Part shown: piece after piece, positions 26,248 to 39,761 of the stretch
How positions within the stretch are numbered: position 1 is the stretch's first letter
Layout: each line of letters starts with the position of its first letter
Assembly: GCF_963921235.1 (NCBI RefSeq)
Contig: NC_086097.1
Coordinates: 140,678,001 to 140,742,000 of the forward strand
DNA length: 64,000 nt
From: Mobula hypostoma
Taxonomy: Eukaryota
Direction: 5' to 3'
Program-made: the position numbers and the translations under genes
The notes under the pieces: model-generated
What the model was told of the DNA's origin: nothing
Seen by the model: the letters and a program-made list of their open reading frames with translations, nothing else
The model's database searches: none

Positions 26248-28694
26248 TGGTGACCAAGTTTGTGGATGATACAAAGATAGATAGAGGGATAGGCAGTATT
26301 GAGGAAGCAGGAAGGCTGCAGAAGGACTTAGACAGATTAGAAGAATGGAGAAGAAATGCCATATGGAATACTGTGTCTGAAATGTACAGTCATGCACTTT
26401 GGTAGAAATAAAAGCGTGGACTATTTCCTAAATGAAGAGAAAATTAAAAAAATCTGAGGTACAAAGGGACTTAGGAGTCCTCATGCAGGATTCCCTAACT
26501 GTTAATTTGCAGGTTGAGACAGTGATGAGGAAAGCAAATGCAATGTTAGCATCCATTCAAGGGGACTAGAATATAAAAACAAGGATCTATAGTTAAGGCT
26601 TTATAAGGCACTGGTAAGGCTTCACTAAGAAAATCGTGAGCAGTTTTGGGCCCCTTATCTAAGAAAAGATGTGCTGACATCAAAGGGGGTTCACAGGAGG
26701 TTCACAAAGATTATTCTGGGAATGAAAAGGTTACCATACAAGGACTGATTGCTGGCTCTGGGCGTGTGTTCCCTGGAATTCAGAAAAATGAGGAAGGATC
26801 TTATTGAAACCTATCAAATGCTGCAAGCATCAATAGAGTGGATGTGGATGAAGGACAGTCCATTTAGAATGGAGATGAGGAGGAATTTATTTAGCCAGTG
26901 AGTGATGAATCTGTGGAATTCATCGCCACACGTGGCTGTGGAGTCCAAGTCATTGGGCAGAGGTTGATATATTCTTGATTAGTCAGGGCATGAAGGGTTG
27001 TGGGGAGAAGGCAGGAGATTGGGGCTGAGAGGAAAATGGATCAGCCATGTTGAAATGTCAGAGCATAATCGATGGGCCAAATGGTCTAATTTGCTCCTAT
27101 ATATTATGGTCATATGGACTGAATGGAGGTGACAGAGGAGGTGAATGGCAGGTGAGCACTTTGGCCACTTTCAGGGAGGGAGATTAGTGGAGAGGGACGA
27201 ATAGTCAAGGGAACCATGGAGGGGGCAATGACTGTGGAAACTAGAGAGTGCTGGGAGTGGGGGTGGAGAAGAGGTAAAGATATGTTCGGTGTTGGATCCT
27301 TTTGGAGATAGTGGAAGTTATGGAGAATGGTGTGTTGTATGTGGAGGCTCAGGGGTTGGTAGGTAAGAACAAAAAGAACTCTTCCACTGTTTAGGCAAAG
27401 GGAAGACAGGGTGAACACGGCTGTTAGGGAAATGGAGGAGATGCAGGTGAGGGCAGCATCGGTGGTGGAGAAAGGGAAACCCTACTTCTCTGCCTAAGAC
27501 TTCCACTGTTTTTTTCATTTCCAGAGATGCTGCCTGACCTGCTGAGTTCCTCCAGCATTTTGTGTGTGTTGCTTCTGTGTATCTTTCCTGAGCAGCATAT
27601 TGTTTTTGACTTAAAACTGAGCTTCCCAGTTCCCAGTGTTGGATTAGACTGTGTAATTGTTTTTTCTTTGCAGCTTAACTGTCTTATGCCTGCTAGTGTT
27701 TTATATACAGTAATTACCTATAATTATATAACTGTGCAGTGTGTGCCCTAGTGGTTACAGTTGTTTGTATTGTTTTGGAATCACGTTGGCTCAACATCTT
27801 CTTTCCCTTCTCTTTCTTCATGGTTATTAGACTTTTGCTACTCTCCCTTTCCAATTCCTTTATTCTCCTGGAGCTTATTGCAACAATCATGGAGCCACAT
27901 GTTTTATGCCTCATTCCTGACTTCTGAAAGAGCCTTGGATCAAAAACCTGAGAATCCAACACTGCTGTCTCTCCACCAATACTGACCATTTTAAGGCTGT
28001 GCATCTTATTGACATTCAATGAAGGAGAAGTAAAATAACAGAGAAGTCACGAACAGTGATCCTAGTAAATAAGATCGTTAGAACATAAGAAATGGCAGTA
28101 GGAGTAGTCCCTCCTACCCATCAATCCTGCTGCACCATTCTATAAAATCATGGCTGATCTGGCCATGAACTCAGCTCCACCTACCTGCCTTTTCTCTATA
28201 ACCCCCAATTTCCCTTCTAATCTAAACCCTACCTATGTATTAACTATATTTAATGAGGTAGCCTTTACTGCCTCCATAGACAGAGAATTCCACAGATTCA
28301 CCACAGTAGTCCCAGGTGACTCTATCTCTTCTCATAGGCTAACCCTTTCATCTTCGGAATCAACTTGACTACTCGTCTCTGTATTGCCTACAAAGGTAGA
28401 GTATATTTTCTCAAGTGGTGCAATGAGAACTGTACATGGTACTCCAGATGTGGCCTTACCACTACATCGAACAGTTGCTGTCCTCTACCTATGCTAATAC
28501 GTGACCCCCAACTCCATGCATCCTTATCTGTGGATGTCTTTTATGTGGCACCTTATCAAACACTTTCTGGAATCCTAGTATACAACATCCGCCTATTCCC
28601 CTCTATCTCCTGTGCTCATTATATTCACAAAGAACTCCAGTAAGTTTTCCAGCAGGATCTATCTTTCTGTATCCATGCTGTGTTTGCCTAATGG

Positions 28695-30234
28695 AACCAT
28701 CTCAGGGAAATATTCCAGGGACAGAGTACCTGGTAAGGCTCTGAAAACCTGTGCCAACCAACTAGCTGGAATATTCAAGGACATTTTCAACCTCTCACTG
28801 CTACAGTTGGAAGATCCCACTTGCTTCAAAAAAGCAACAATTATACCAGTGCCTAAGAAGAATAATCTGAGATGCCTTAAAGACTATTGCCCAGTAGCAG
28901 TTACATCGAAAGTGATGAAATGCTTTGAGACGTTGCTCATGACTAGACTGAAATCCTGCCTCGGCAAGGACGTGGACTCATTGCAATTTGCCTATCACCA
29001 CAATAGGCCAACAGCAGATTGAATCTCAATAGCTCTCTACACGGCTTTAGACCACCTGGACAAAACAAACACCTATGTCAGGATGCTGTTCATTGATTAT
29101 AGCTCAGCATTTACTACCGTCATTCCCACAATTCTGATTGAAAAGTTGCAGAACCTGGGCCTCTGTATCTCCCTCTGAAGTTGGATTCTCGACTTCTTAA
29201 CCGGAAGACCACAATCTGTGCAGATTGGTGATAACATATCCTCCTCACTGACGATCCACACTAGCGCACCTCAGGGGTGTGTGCTTAGCCCACTGTTCTA
29301 CTCTCTGTATACACATGACTGTGTGGGTAGGCATAGCTCAAATACCATCTATAAATTTGCTGATGATAGAACCATTGTTGGTAGAATCTCAGGTGGTGAC
29401 AAGAGGCCATACAGGAGTGAGATATGCCAACTAGTAGAGTGGTGTCGCAGCAACAACCTGCCACACAATGTCAGTAAGACAAAAGAGCTGATTGTGGATT
29501 TCAGGAAGGGTAAGTCAAGGGAATACCTATCAATCCTCATTGAGGGATCAGAAGTGGAGAGAGTGAGCAGTTTCAAGTTTCTTGGTGTCAAGATCTCTGA
29601 GGATCTAACCTGGTCCCAACATATCTATGTAGTTATAAAGAAGGCAAGACAGCGGCTATACTTCATTAGGAGTTTGAAGAGATTTGGTAGGTCAATAAAT
29701 ACACTCAAAAACATCTATAAATACACCCGGGAGAGCATTCTGACAGGCTGTATCACTGTCTGGTATGGAGGGGCTACTGCACAGGACTGAAAGAAGCTGC
29801 AGAGTGTTGTAAATCTAGTCAGCTCCATCTTGGGTACTAATCTACAAAGTTCCCGGGACATCTTCAGGGAGCGGTGTCTCAGAAAGGCAGCACCCATCAT
29901 TAAGGACCTCCAGCAATTAGGGCATGCCCTTTTCTCACTGTTACCATCAGGCAGGAGGTACAGAAGCCTGAAGGCAATTCAGAACAGCTTCTTCCCCTCT
30001 GCCATCCAATTGCTAAATGGACATTGAACCATTGGACACTACCTCACTTAAAAAAAAAATACAATATTTCTGTTTTTTGCACCTTCAAAAAAATCTATTC
30101 AATGTACACTTCAATTTATTTATTTATTATTATTTTTTCTCTCTCCTATATTATGTATTGCATTGAACTATTGCTGCTAAGTTAACAAATTTTACGTCAC
30201 ATGCCAGTGATAATAAACCTGATTCTGATTCTGA
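28695..30234 (+). mobile_element. 5'-truncated Rex1/Babar LINE (RT)
   Basis: LKTCANQLAGIFKDIFNLSL...[35 protein letters not shown]. Tail taataaacctgattctgattctga. Confidence 0.88.
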
Positions 30235-30352
30235 AATAAACTCTTATCGGGCTTCCAGCCAGGAACAGGTATCAATTTTAACTGATGTTTCGATGACAAA
30301 CTCTGCCACCTTCATCATGGATGTTACCAACAGTTTGCTATGTTCCATTTAG

Positions 30353-30366
30353 CAAGTAGATGGCAC
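30353..30366 (+). promoter_or_regulatory. Possible CTCF motif (one mismatch)
   Basis: CAAGTAGATGGCAC versus CCRSYAGRKGGCRS. Confidence 0.3.
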
Positions 30367-33300
30367 TCCAAAGTCATTGTTTCAATTTTTTTTTCTAGAA
30401 ATGTCCTATACCAGTCATTATTTGTAATTTTTACTTCATTCGGAAGTTTGTTTTAATAAGTATAAACCTTATTCAGCACAGACCAGGAGCATTTAATGGC
30501 TAAAAGTGAGTACTATGGGGTTTTCAGGTTGTCAGCTACTCACCTTCAGCTGTCTGGAAGCTTTCCACGGCCCCATCAATTTTAAATTCAGCTTTTCTGC
30601 TAATTCACTTCCATATCAATTCAGTCCAGAACTTCACTCTTAACTCTGACTCAACACCACCAACTCAGTGCATTTCCATCACTTACATCTTTCACTGACT
30701 TCATGTCTTTAGATTTCCTCTATGATTTCCTTGCACAAAGTCCCGTGACCCCAGCATTCCTTGACTCCACTCCCTTCCTCTACCAGTGCAGTTTTTGGCA
30801 CCCCACTTCCTTCTCCTGCCTCACGTTATTTGGTGGCAGTTCCTGCAGTAAGTAATTGCTGCAGGCTGATGGTGTTTCAGCAAAATGGCTGATAGCGCAC
30901 ATGTTACCCACTGGGCTCTGTTCAACTGGCTGTAATATGAAAAACACCAATCACTGTTTAGCATCATCTGGCTGCTCCGGTTGCAACTTAAATCAAAGAT
31001 CTACATCCAGGCCTGGGACCACTAACATCGAACTTGGCCTGGAAAATAAATGAACTTCTGTCACACTGTGAAATAAGTGACTTCTCAAAACAAATCAAGT
31101 GATTTTTAACAATGCAGATTCTGAAAATCTAAAATAAAAGCCAGAAATGCTAAAAATACTCAATCCATCAGGAAGCACCTTTGGAGGGAAACAGTTGATG
31201 TTCAACCCAAGATTTCACATGGACATAAGAGCCCAATGTAATATGATTCCTCTTCACAAACAGAAAAAAATCAAAGCTCTCAAGAATGTGAGGTAACACT
31301 TGCGAGCTGCCCCCAGCACATCCTTAAGTTTTGTTGATGGTTAATGCAAACGACAGGTTTCACTGTATGTCGTGTTGTACATGTGATAAATAAATGAATC
31401 CGAATGTGAATGCTGATTGATTTAACAGTATTAAAATTATCACACAGTTGTTGTGAAGTACTCAGTTCCTGAGTAATTTTCTCTTTAATCTAGCATGGAA
31501 AAATAGGGATTGAGTTTGGGAGAATCCTAGGAAGAAGTGTAAAAAAACACTTATGTTAGTTTTTAATTCACTTGCTGTGGGTTTTTATAACATTTTGGTA
31601 AAAGAAACTTCAGAATGTGATTTGTGTCAGTCTGACTTGAAGCAACAATGTTTTAGGAAGGATGCTGACTTGCCAATACAAGGGTATTATCAGAAGCAGA
31701 GACAAGGCATGCAGAAATAGAGAACAATCGAGGACCAAGGATGAACTTTATTCACCCTATACATTTACATGTATTAGGGATTTACTGTGGTGTGTTGGTC
31801 GGGGTGCAACATGCAACAAAAAACAACAACATTTACTAATTATAAAAAGTGAAGTTAGAGGTTAAAGGAGGGATATGGATAAACTGCACAAATATATAGT
31901 GTACATACCAACATGCATCTACGATGTAAGCAGCATTATAAAAAGTGATTTAAAGTGTCTACAGTGCAGTGCCGTGATGGGTTGAGTACAATGGTTGATC
32001 AATTGACAGCCTGGGGAAGAAACCTTTAAGATGATGTTAAGTGTTTGTTGCTTAGCCCCATAGTGCTATCCAGAAGTAAGCTTGTGGAAAGAACAATTAG
32101 CAAATGTGCTTGTCTGTGGAGGGTTTGAACTCTTTCTATTTTGGTCAGATGCATTGTGTGAGGGGGCAAAAATCTGGCAAATGGAATGTAGGGTGCGTGA
32201 GATCACGAGCTTCATTAAGAGCAATCAAAAGATAGATCATTGTCTAAATAGAAAGATACTGTGAATGAGTGAAGTACACAGGAACTGAGATGTTCATGTG
32301 CATGTACTGCAAAATGTTACGAAATAGTCGTATTGCAGAATGTTACCAGACAGTCAAGGAAGCAAATTACAATTTAGAAGGAGGTCTTGTTGCAGTTGGC
32401 CAGGGCCGTACCTGGAATACTGTGCATGTTTTTTCCCCCCTTACCTGCAAAAGGATATTGTGGCATTGGACGAGATCCAGAGGGGTTTCAACAGGCTAAT
32501 TCATGGGATGAGAGGATTGTCTTTTCGAGAGCCAGGTATTTTGGGTGTGTATTCTTTAGAGTGTGGAAAAATGAGGAGTGAACTTATTGAGGCATATAAA
32601 GTGGGACAGATATTGAGACAGTTTTACTACTGAGGGCAGCCCGTAAGTGTTACCACACAAGCCGTTGCCAACATAGCATACCCACAATGCTCAGCAGAAC
32701 ACAGTAAAAGAGAACACAACAAGCAGAAACCAAGTATATCCCTCCCACCATGTATATACATTCTTCAGATTCCAAGACTCTCCATATTCTTCAGCCTCCA
32801 GTCTCCAGAAGACTCAGAATCAGATTCAGAGGCATAGACATTGGGCTTTTGACAACCCAAGTGAACTCCCAGAGATTTACAGTCCCAGGACTCCAGCTAA
32901 CGGGCCTTGACTCCAGGCTTCTGATTTTACCCTTGAGTTTTGATTCTCAGCATCAATAACAGCTGCAATTAAGTTATAGATAGATACATATTTCAAAGAT
33001 CAACAAATTGTGAATTATTGGGAATTGGCACAGAAGGGGAGTTGAGACCAACACTTGGGTCAAACCAGTTATTCATTCAACACAGGGGAAGAAGGATAGC
33101 TCAAAGGTGATAAGTGAAGGGATATTGAGGTTTTCCATGTAAAGAGCCTTTACTTCAGAATGTCATCATGTCACCACTTTGTCTCCCCTTTACTTATTTT
33201 CTTCTATTTACCTGCCTACCACCTACCCCGGTGCCCCTTCTCTTTCCCTCTGTCCTTCCCTCCTCTTAGATTCCCTCCTCTCCAGCCTGTATCTTTTGCA

Positions 33301-34269
33301 CCCACCTGCTTTCACATATCACCTTCTAGCAATCCTCCTTCCAGCAACCCGCCTTCCCCCGACCTCCACCTTTAAATTGTGGCACCTTCCCCCTTCCTTT
33401 GCAGTCCTGAAGAAGGGTGTTGACTCAAAACATTGACTGTTTATTCATTTGCACAGATGTTGCTTGGCCTGCTGAGTACCTCCGGCATTTTGTGTGTGTA
33501 GCTTTGGATTTCCAGCATTCGCAGAATTTCTTCTGTTTGTCATTTCATAGAGGTGCTTACTAAGAGAAAAGATGCTGACACTCACTGGTTTAAGTCAGGA
33601 TGGCAAGAGCAATGGGCAGGGGAATATTTATTGGAAGGACATGCTGGAAAGGCAGGACATGCTGGAAGTGGATAAGACACCTGGTCCAGATGGCTTGCAT
33701 CCAGAATTGCTGAGGAAAGTTGAGTCAGACAATACAGAGAGATCATCTTCCAATATCCCAGCGTAAGGGGACCAGAGGAATGTGTCACCTTTGTTTAGGA
33801 GAAAAGTGGGTGCACTTTCCTTGAAACCGTTGACCAATCAGTCTGATAGCAACATCAGTAAAATTTTGAAATGAAGTTAATGAAGTAAATCAACAGGCAC
33901 TTGGAGAGGATAACTCAGAAGAGCCAGCACGGACTTGTAAAATGCAAATTGGATTTAATTAATATTTAATTTAATTTAATTAATTGATTTTTTAAATAAA
34001 GTAATAGAAATGCTGATGTAAGTCCATTGAACTAAAAAATTAGCCCTGTCTCTCTGCACTAATATAATCTAATCAGCTGAATTGTTCTCACAACTTTGAA
34101 CAGAAACCAATCAGCATGAGAAGACAAAGCTCACTCGGGTTCGCCAATTGAGTACATAAGGCATCATGGCAGTTTGGTTTTTGAACAGCGGCAAATCAGC
34201 AATCAAGATTGATTGGCAAGAACAAATTAAAAGTAAGACAAAAGCAAGCAGAGCGGCTATTACTGGAGT

Positions 34270-37200
34270 GGTCTTTGTTGGAGTGGACAGTGTTACTTGA
34301 GGCTTTAGCTCTTTGAGGCTTCAGCAAGGTGAGGCTTGAGTGAGAGAAGGTGAAAAAGCTGTAGGCAGCTTTTATTTTCAGATTATCTATTGTTTCCTTC
34401 TTTATATTTACTCAGTTAGAACAGTAGTGATGCCATGCGGGATAGCTGAATGCTCCTCTTGCAGGATGTGGGAAGGCAGGAAGACCTCCAGTGTCTCTGA
34501 TGACTTCACCGGTGAGAAGTGCATCCAGCTGCACCATAGAACACTCTATATTAAGGAGCTGGAGCTGGACCTACATGAACTGTGATGATGGGGGATTTGT
34601 TTTTTCAGGGAACAGAAAGGAAGTTCTGTGGATGAGAATGATATTCACGTGTGCTATGTTTCATCCTGGGCGTCAAGGTCTGGGACATCTCTAATTGAGT
34701 CCTCTGCATTCTTAAGTAGAGAGTAGCTAGAGGCCGTGGTCCATATGGGTACCAATGACATAGGCAGGAATAGTGAAGAGCTTCTGGAAAGGTATTTCAG
34801 GGTGATAGGTGCTAAGTTAAAGGACAGGACCTCGAAGGTTGTAATCTCAGGATTGCTACCCATGTCACATTTTAGTGAGGCCAGGAATAGAAGGATAAAA
34901 CAGTTTAACACATGGTTAATGATTTGGTGTAGTTGGCTGGGCGTCAGATTTTGGCTAATTGAGCTCTCTTCCAGGGAATGTGGGATTTGTACTGAAGGGA
35001 CTAGTATCCTCGTAGGAAGGTTGCTAGTGCTGTACAGTTGGGGGAGGGAGTTGGAGTGGTGTGTGTGTTCAATCTAGAGTTGCAGGGGAATGGGAACCAG
35101 AGTACCAGAACAGATAGTGGAGAGCTTGTGGAGACAGATATTGTTAAGACTGCAGACAATTTCAGGAATCAAAAGGTTGGGCATGGTGCAATTATTGTTC
35201 TGAGCTGCATATATTACAATGCAGGAAATATTGTAGGAAAGGCTGATGCGCTCAGGGCATGGATCAATGCATGGAATTATATTGTTGCCATTAGTGAGAC
35301 TTGGGTGGAGGAGAGGCTGGACTGGCAGCTCAATATTCCAGTTCCTGTTGCTTTAGATGCAACAGGGCAGGAGGGATTAAAGGACAAGGGGTGGCATTAC
35401 TAGAAACAGAAATCACACAGCCGTGCTTAGTCAGGACAGATGGGAGAACTTATCAGGTGAGGCTTTATGGGTAGGACTGAGGAATAAGAAAGGTATGAGC
35501 ATGTTAATGGGTCTATATTATAGACCACCCAACAGTCCGCAGGATTTAGAGAACAAATCTGTAGAGAGATCACAGACTGCTGCAAGAAACATAAATTGGA
35601 GGTGACTTTAACTTTCCATTATTGAACTGGGACTCCCATACTGTAAAAGGACAGGATGGGATAGAATTTGCCAAATGTGTTCAGGAAAGTTTCTGAATCA
35701 GTACATAGAAGTCCCAGTGAGAGATTGTGCAGTGCTTGATCTTCTTTTTGGGAATGACACAGGACAGGTGACAGAAGTTTGTCTTGGGGAACACTTTTGA
35801 CCTAGTGATCACATTATCATTAGTTTCAAAGGAAATATGGAAGAAGATAGGTCTAGACTGTGGGTTGATATTCTGAATTGGAGAAAGGCTAATTTTGATG
35901 GTATCAGAAAGGATCTGGCAAGTATGAATTAGGGCAAGCCGTTTTCTGGCAAAGGATTTCCAGTTAAGTCGATGGCCTTCAAAAGTGAAACTCTAAGGTT
36001 ACAAAGCTCGTATGTGCCCTTCAGTATAAAAAGTAAACATAACAAATGTAGGGAACCTTGTCTTTCAAGAGATATGAAGGCCCTGGTTAAGAAATAAAGG
36101 AGGTGCATTGTAGGTAGGAACAGATGAGGTACTATGGAGTATAAGAAATACAAGAGAATACTTAAGAAGTAAACAGGAAAGCTAAAAGAAGGCGTGAGAT
36201 TGCCTTAGCAGACAAGCTGAAGGAGAATCCTTAGGGATTCTACAAATACGTTAAGAGCAAAAGGATTGCCAGGGACAAAATTCGTCCTCTCGAAAAGCAG
36301 AATAGTAATCTATGAGTGGAGCCAAAAGAGATGGAGGTGATCTTAAACAGATTTTCTGTTTGCATCTGTATTTATGGAGGAGATGGACACAGAGTCTTTG
36401 AAGTCAGGCAAAGCAGTGGCGAGGTCATGGACCTTATACAGATTACAGAGGTGGAGGTGCTTGCTGTCTTGAGGCAAATTAGGGTGGATAAATCCCCAGA
36501 ACCAGATAAGGTGTTCCTTTGAGTCCTGTGGGAAGCAAGTGCAGAAATTGCCCTAGCAGAGATATTTAGATCTTCCTTAGCGACAGGTGACATAGCGGAA
36601 GGTTGGAGACAGCTAATGTTGTTCTGCTGTTTAAGAAAGGCTCTAAGTGTCAACCAGGAAATATAGACTGGTGAGCCTGACATTAGTAATGGGAAATTTA
36701 TTGGAAAGTATTCTAAGGGACTGGATATATCAGTATTTGGATAGAAATGGATTGGTTAGGCATAGTCAATGTGGCATTTTGTGTGGTAGGTCCTGCCTAA
36801 CCAAACTTGTCAAATTGTTTGAGGAGGTTTCCAGCAAAGTTGATAAAAACAAGGAAGTGGATGTTGTCTACATGGACTTTAGAAAGATATTTGACAAGGT
36901 CCCATGTGGGAGGTTAGTCATGAAGGTTCAGTTATTAGGCATTCAAGATGAGATAGTAAATTGGTTAAGACATTGGCTTTGTAGAAGAAGCCAGAGAATA
37001 GTAGTAAATGGTTACCTCTCTGACTGTAGCTCTTTGACTAGTAGCGAGCCACAAGGATCAATGCTGGGTCTGTGATTGTCATCTATAGCAAAAATCTGGA
37101 TGATAATATTACTAACAGGATCAGCAAATTTGAAGATAATACCAAGATTAGGAGTGTCATGAACAGCAAAAAAGGCTATTAGAGCTCGTACAGGGATCTG

Positions 37201-37620
37201 AATCAGCTGAAAGATGGGCTGAAAAATGGAGCTTAATGCAGGCATGTGTGACGTGTTGCTCTTCAGTAGGACCAACCAAGGCAGTTCTTATAGAGTGAGC
37301 AGATAGGCACTGAGGAGTGTTCTAGAGAAAGGGATCTAGGAATACAGGTCCATAATTCATTGAAAGTGGCGTCACAAGTACTACTTTTGGTACATTGCCC
37401 TTCATTAATCAAAGTATTAAGTGCAGGAGGTGGGATGTTAGGTTGAAGTTGTATAAGATGTTGGTGAAGCCAAATTTGGAGTATTGTGTGCAATTTTGAT
37501 CACCTACTGACAGGAAAGATGCGATGAAGTTGAATCAATGCAGAGAAAAGTTACCAGGATGTTGCCAGGACGATAGATTAGGAAAAGTAAAGGGAAAAAA
37601 TCACTGGTTAGGAAGATATT
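34270..37620 (+). mobile_element. Degraded near-full-length CR1 (ORF1 and ORF2 remnants)
   Basis: CSSCRMWE, VHMGTND, AISETW, FDKVPC, EPQGSMLG. Many stops and frameshifts. Confidence 0.85.
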
Positions 37621-39099
37621 CAATGGCAGGAGGTTTAAATGCACGGGCACTTATATTCACTTCTCCAGAAGGATGAGGTCTCCAGGCCTGCAGTCTTGCC
37701 CCAGCATTCAGTATGATCAATGCTCATATGTCCCTGGCCTCAGCACCTCCTCTATATCAGAGCATCATGGCCCTCAGGTCTCCGATTGGTACATTCATCA
37801 TACTGCACTGATACAAGTCCTTCAGCCCTACTCGTCCACACTTCTAATGGCCAATGGGAGGGAAGGAAATTTATTGTTTCAGGTCGAAATTTCTGACAAG
37901 TAACTATCAACCTTCAAAGGCACAGGGTCCAGAAATACATTGAGAATCCAAAGAACCGCTTCTCCCTGACAGAAGTTGTAAATGACTCCCACTTCCGTTT
38001 TTATTGGAATTTTGTCTTCTGGGCTGCAAGATATCGTGATATAAATGAACGAGATTTTCGAAGTGGATGGAAAGTTGACTGGGGGCGTGGGGGCGAGTCC
38101 ACATTCCAATAGGGAGACTTTTGGCAGCTCTGTGGACATTGTGGGGGGTCATTGATATCAATGGCGCTGACGTAGGAAATCAGCTGAGAGGGTGGAGCAG
38201 CGTTCCATCAGGCACATGTTAGAGAGCACTCCTCCTAACCAAATGCATTCCGCACACTGTACTGTTCAGTAACATGGCGAAACCGCAGAGGTCACTACTT
38301 CATTCGGAGTTTGAGGAGATGTGGTGTGTGAGCAGAGACTCCTACAATAGATTTACAGATATACCACGCAGAATATTCAGCTTGTATGGAATCTGCAATG
38401 CTAGAGGTTGTAGAGGGCTGTCGATTCAACCAGCTCCCTCACGGGCTCAACCATCCCCGCCATCGAAGACAGTTTAAGAGGCAGTGCTTCAAGAAGGAGG
38501 CATTCATTATTAAAGACCCTCACCATCCGGGACACCATTCGCGTTCATACCATCAGGAAGAGGCACAAGAGTCTAAATATCCACATTCCATATTTTAACA
38601 ACCGTTTCTTCCCCTCCGCCAGCAGATTTCTGAAAGGCCCATGAAGGCAATCGTCTTCTTTTTATTTATTAGTTTTGTAACTGATACTAATGTACCGTAC
38701 TACTACCGCAAAGCAACACATCTCGCGATTTACATAAGCCGGCTTCCCTTTCTGGTTCACCAACAGGGCGCAGAGCTGAACAAACATTGACATGAGGGCG
38801 GCGCTCAGGATCCTGTGACCACGCAAAAGAGAAAGATGAGGGATTCACATTGAGAGGTTTCGGCAGGAGACAGAAGGGTCTTGCTGACAGTGAGGGTCGA
38901 GGAGGTGCAACGAGATTGGGAAACACCAGAAGATAAAGCTTGGTAGATGTATTTCTGAAATTTCGACCTGATACTTTAAATCTACTTCACTGCACTAATA
39001 TTGCCTGGCTTGCTGAGTGTTTCCATAATTTCCTGGTCTTGTTTAGAATAAAGATCAGTTTTAATCGGTATAACTTGTGCAAACAGGACGGAGGGGCCG

Positions 39100-39109
39100 A
39101 GTGACGTTG
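39100..39109 (+). promoter_or_regulatory. CRE-like element upstream of V-a
   Basis: AGTGACGTTG (8/10 to AGTGACGTCA), about 230 nt before the ATG. TGATAA (39282-39287) and TGCGGTT (39290-39296; GATA- and RUNX-like) lie closer. Confidence 0.35.
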
Positions 39110-39333
39110 AGGGATATTCAAGTCAACCTCCCCAAATTATGAAAGGAAGAAATGAGCTGTGGCGTGTCCCACCCCTGGCGGCCGTTCCCTAAGAAAGGCG
39201 GCGCTACTAGCTTCATGCAAAGAAGTGATTTGGGCAAGGCGGGTTAGGAACTGAGGCGGGTTCAGCCCCGAAAACAAAAGCTGATAAACTGCGGTTCCTC
39301 TCAGATTCCAAACACTGACCCGGCGCAACAAGC

Positions 39334-39373
39334 ATGTGGCAGGGTCCCTGGTTCGTGGTGCTGATTTTCAGCT
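39334..39373 (+). CDS. TRGV: TCR gamma V-a leader exon
   Basis: ATG, MWQGPWFVVLIFS plus 1 nt, donor GTGCGT. Phase-1, 84-nt intron ending ctctttttgcAG at 39457. Confidence 0.8.
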
Positions 39374-39457
39374 GTGCGTTACCAACACCTCTTCAACTTT
39401 TATCGCTCCTTCCCGCCCCGAAGATTTTTTTTTTACCGTTTTCTCCTCTTTTTGCAG

Positions 39458-39761
39458 GTAGAAGTGTGGCTCAGACTCTGACCCAGCTCCAAGCATCGAT
39501 TACCGCACCTGTTGGGAGAGTCGTGCGAGTACGGTGTCAAGTGACAGGAGTCTCCATCAGCAGCAGTGATCCCCTTCACTGGTACCAACAGAAACCCGGA
39601 AAGCCGCTCCAAAGGATACTGTACCATGGAGCGAGCGTAACGCGGGATTCGGAATTCGGGACCTCCTTCGACGCGGGAGAAACTACAGCTTCCAAATTCT
39701 ATCTCAATGTCGAAGTTAACGCTGAAAGCGCTGCCACCTACTACTGCGCCTGCTGGGTTGA
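39458..39761 (+). CDS. TRGV: TCR gamma variable segment V-a (open frame)
   Basis: CRSVAQTLTQLQASIT...VRC...LHWYQQKPGKPLQRILY...AATYYCACWVD. Ig V Cys-Trp-Cys hallmarks, the YYCAxW end typical of V-gamma, followed by an RSS. No J or C between the Vs, which argues against a shark IgL cluster. Confidence 0.88.

Larger units (their letters stand above)
23150..27110 (+). mobile_element. Degraded CR1 (APE-RT to 3' end) interrupted by a SINE and a solo LTR
   Basis: Motifs MENFN, DLQKAFVKV, SGVPQG, KFVDDT. The RT sequence resumes directly after the LTR at 26248. Confidence 0.8.

Noticed and set aside
31040-31620. J-type signals (CACTGTG near 31064; GGTTTTTAT near 31580)
   Set aside because: The heptamer and nonamer are not paired at 12 or 23 nt, and no FGxG follows. 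No J segment was found in the window.
37880-38190. Acceptor followed by loosely V-like words (NERDF, VIDINGAD)
   Set aside because: Multiple stops, no conserved Cys/Trp register, and the 3' part belongs to a Rex1 remnant.
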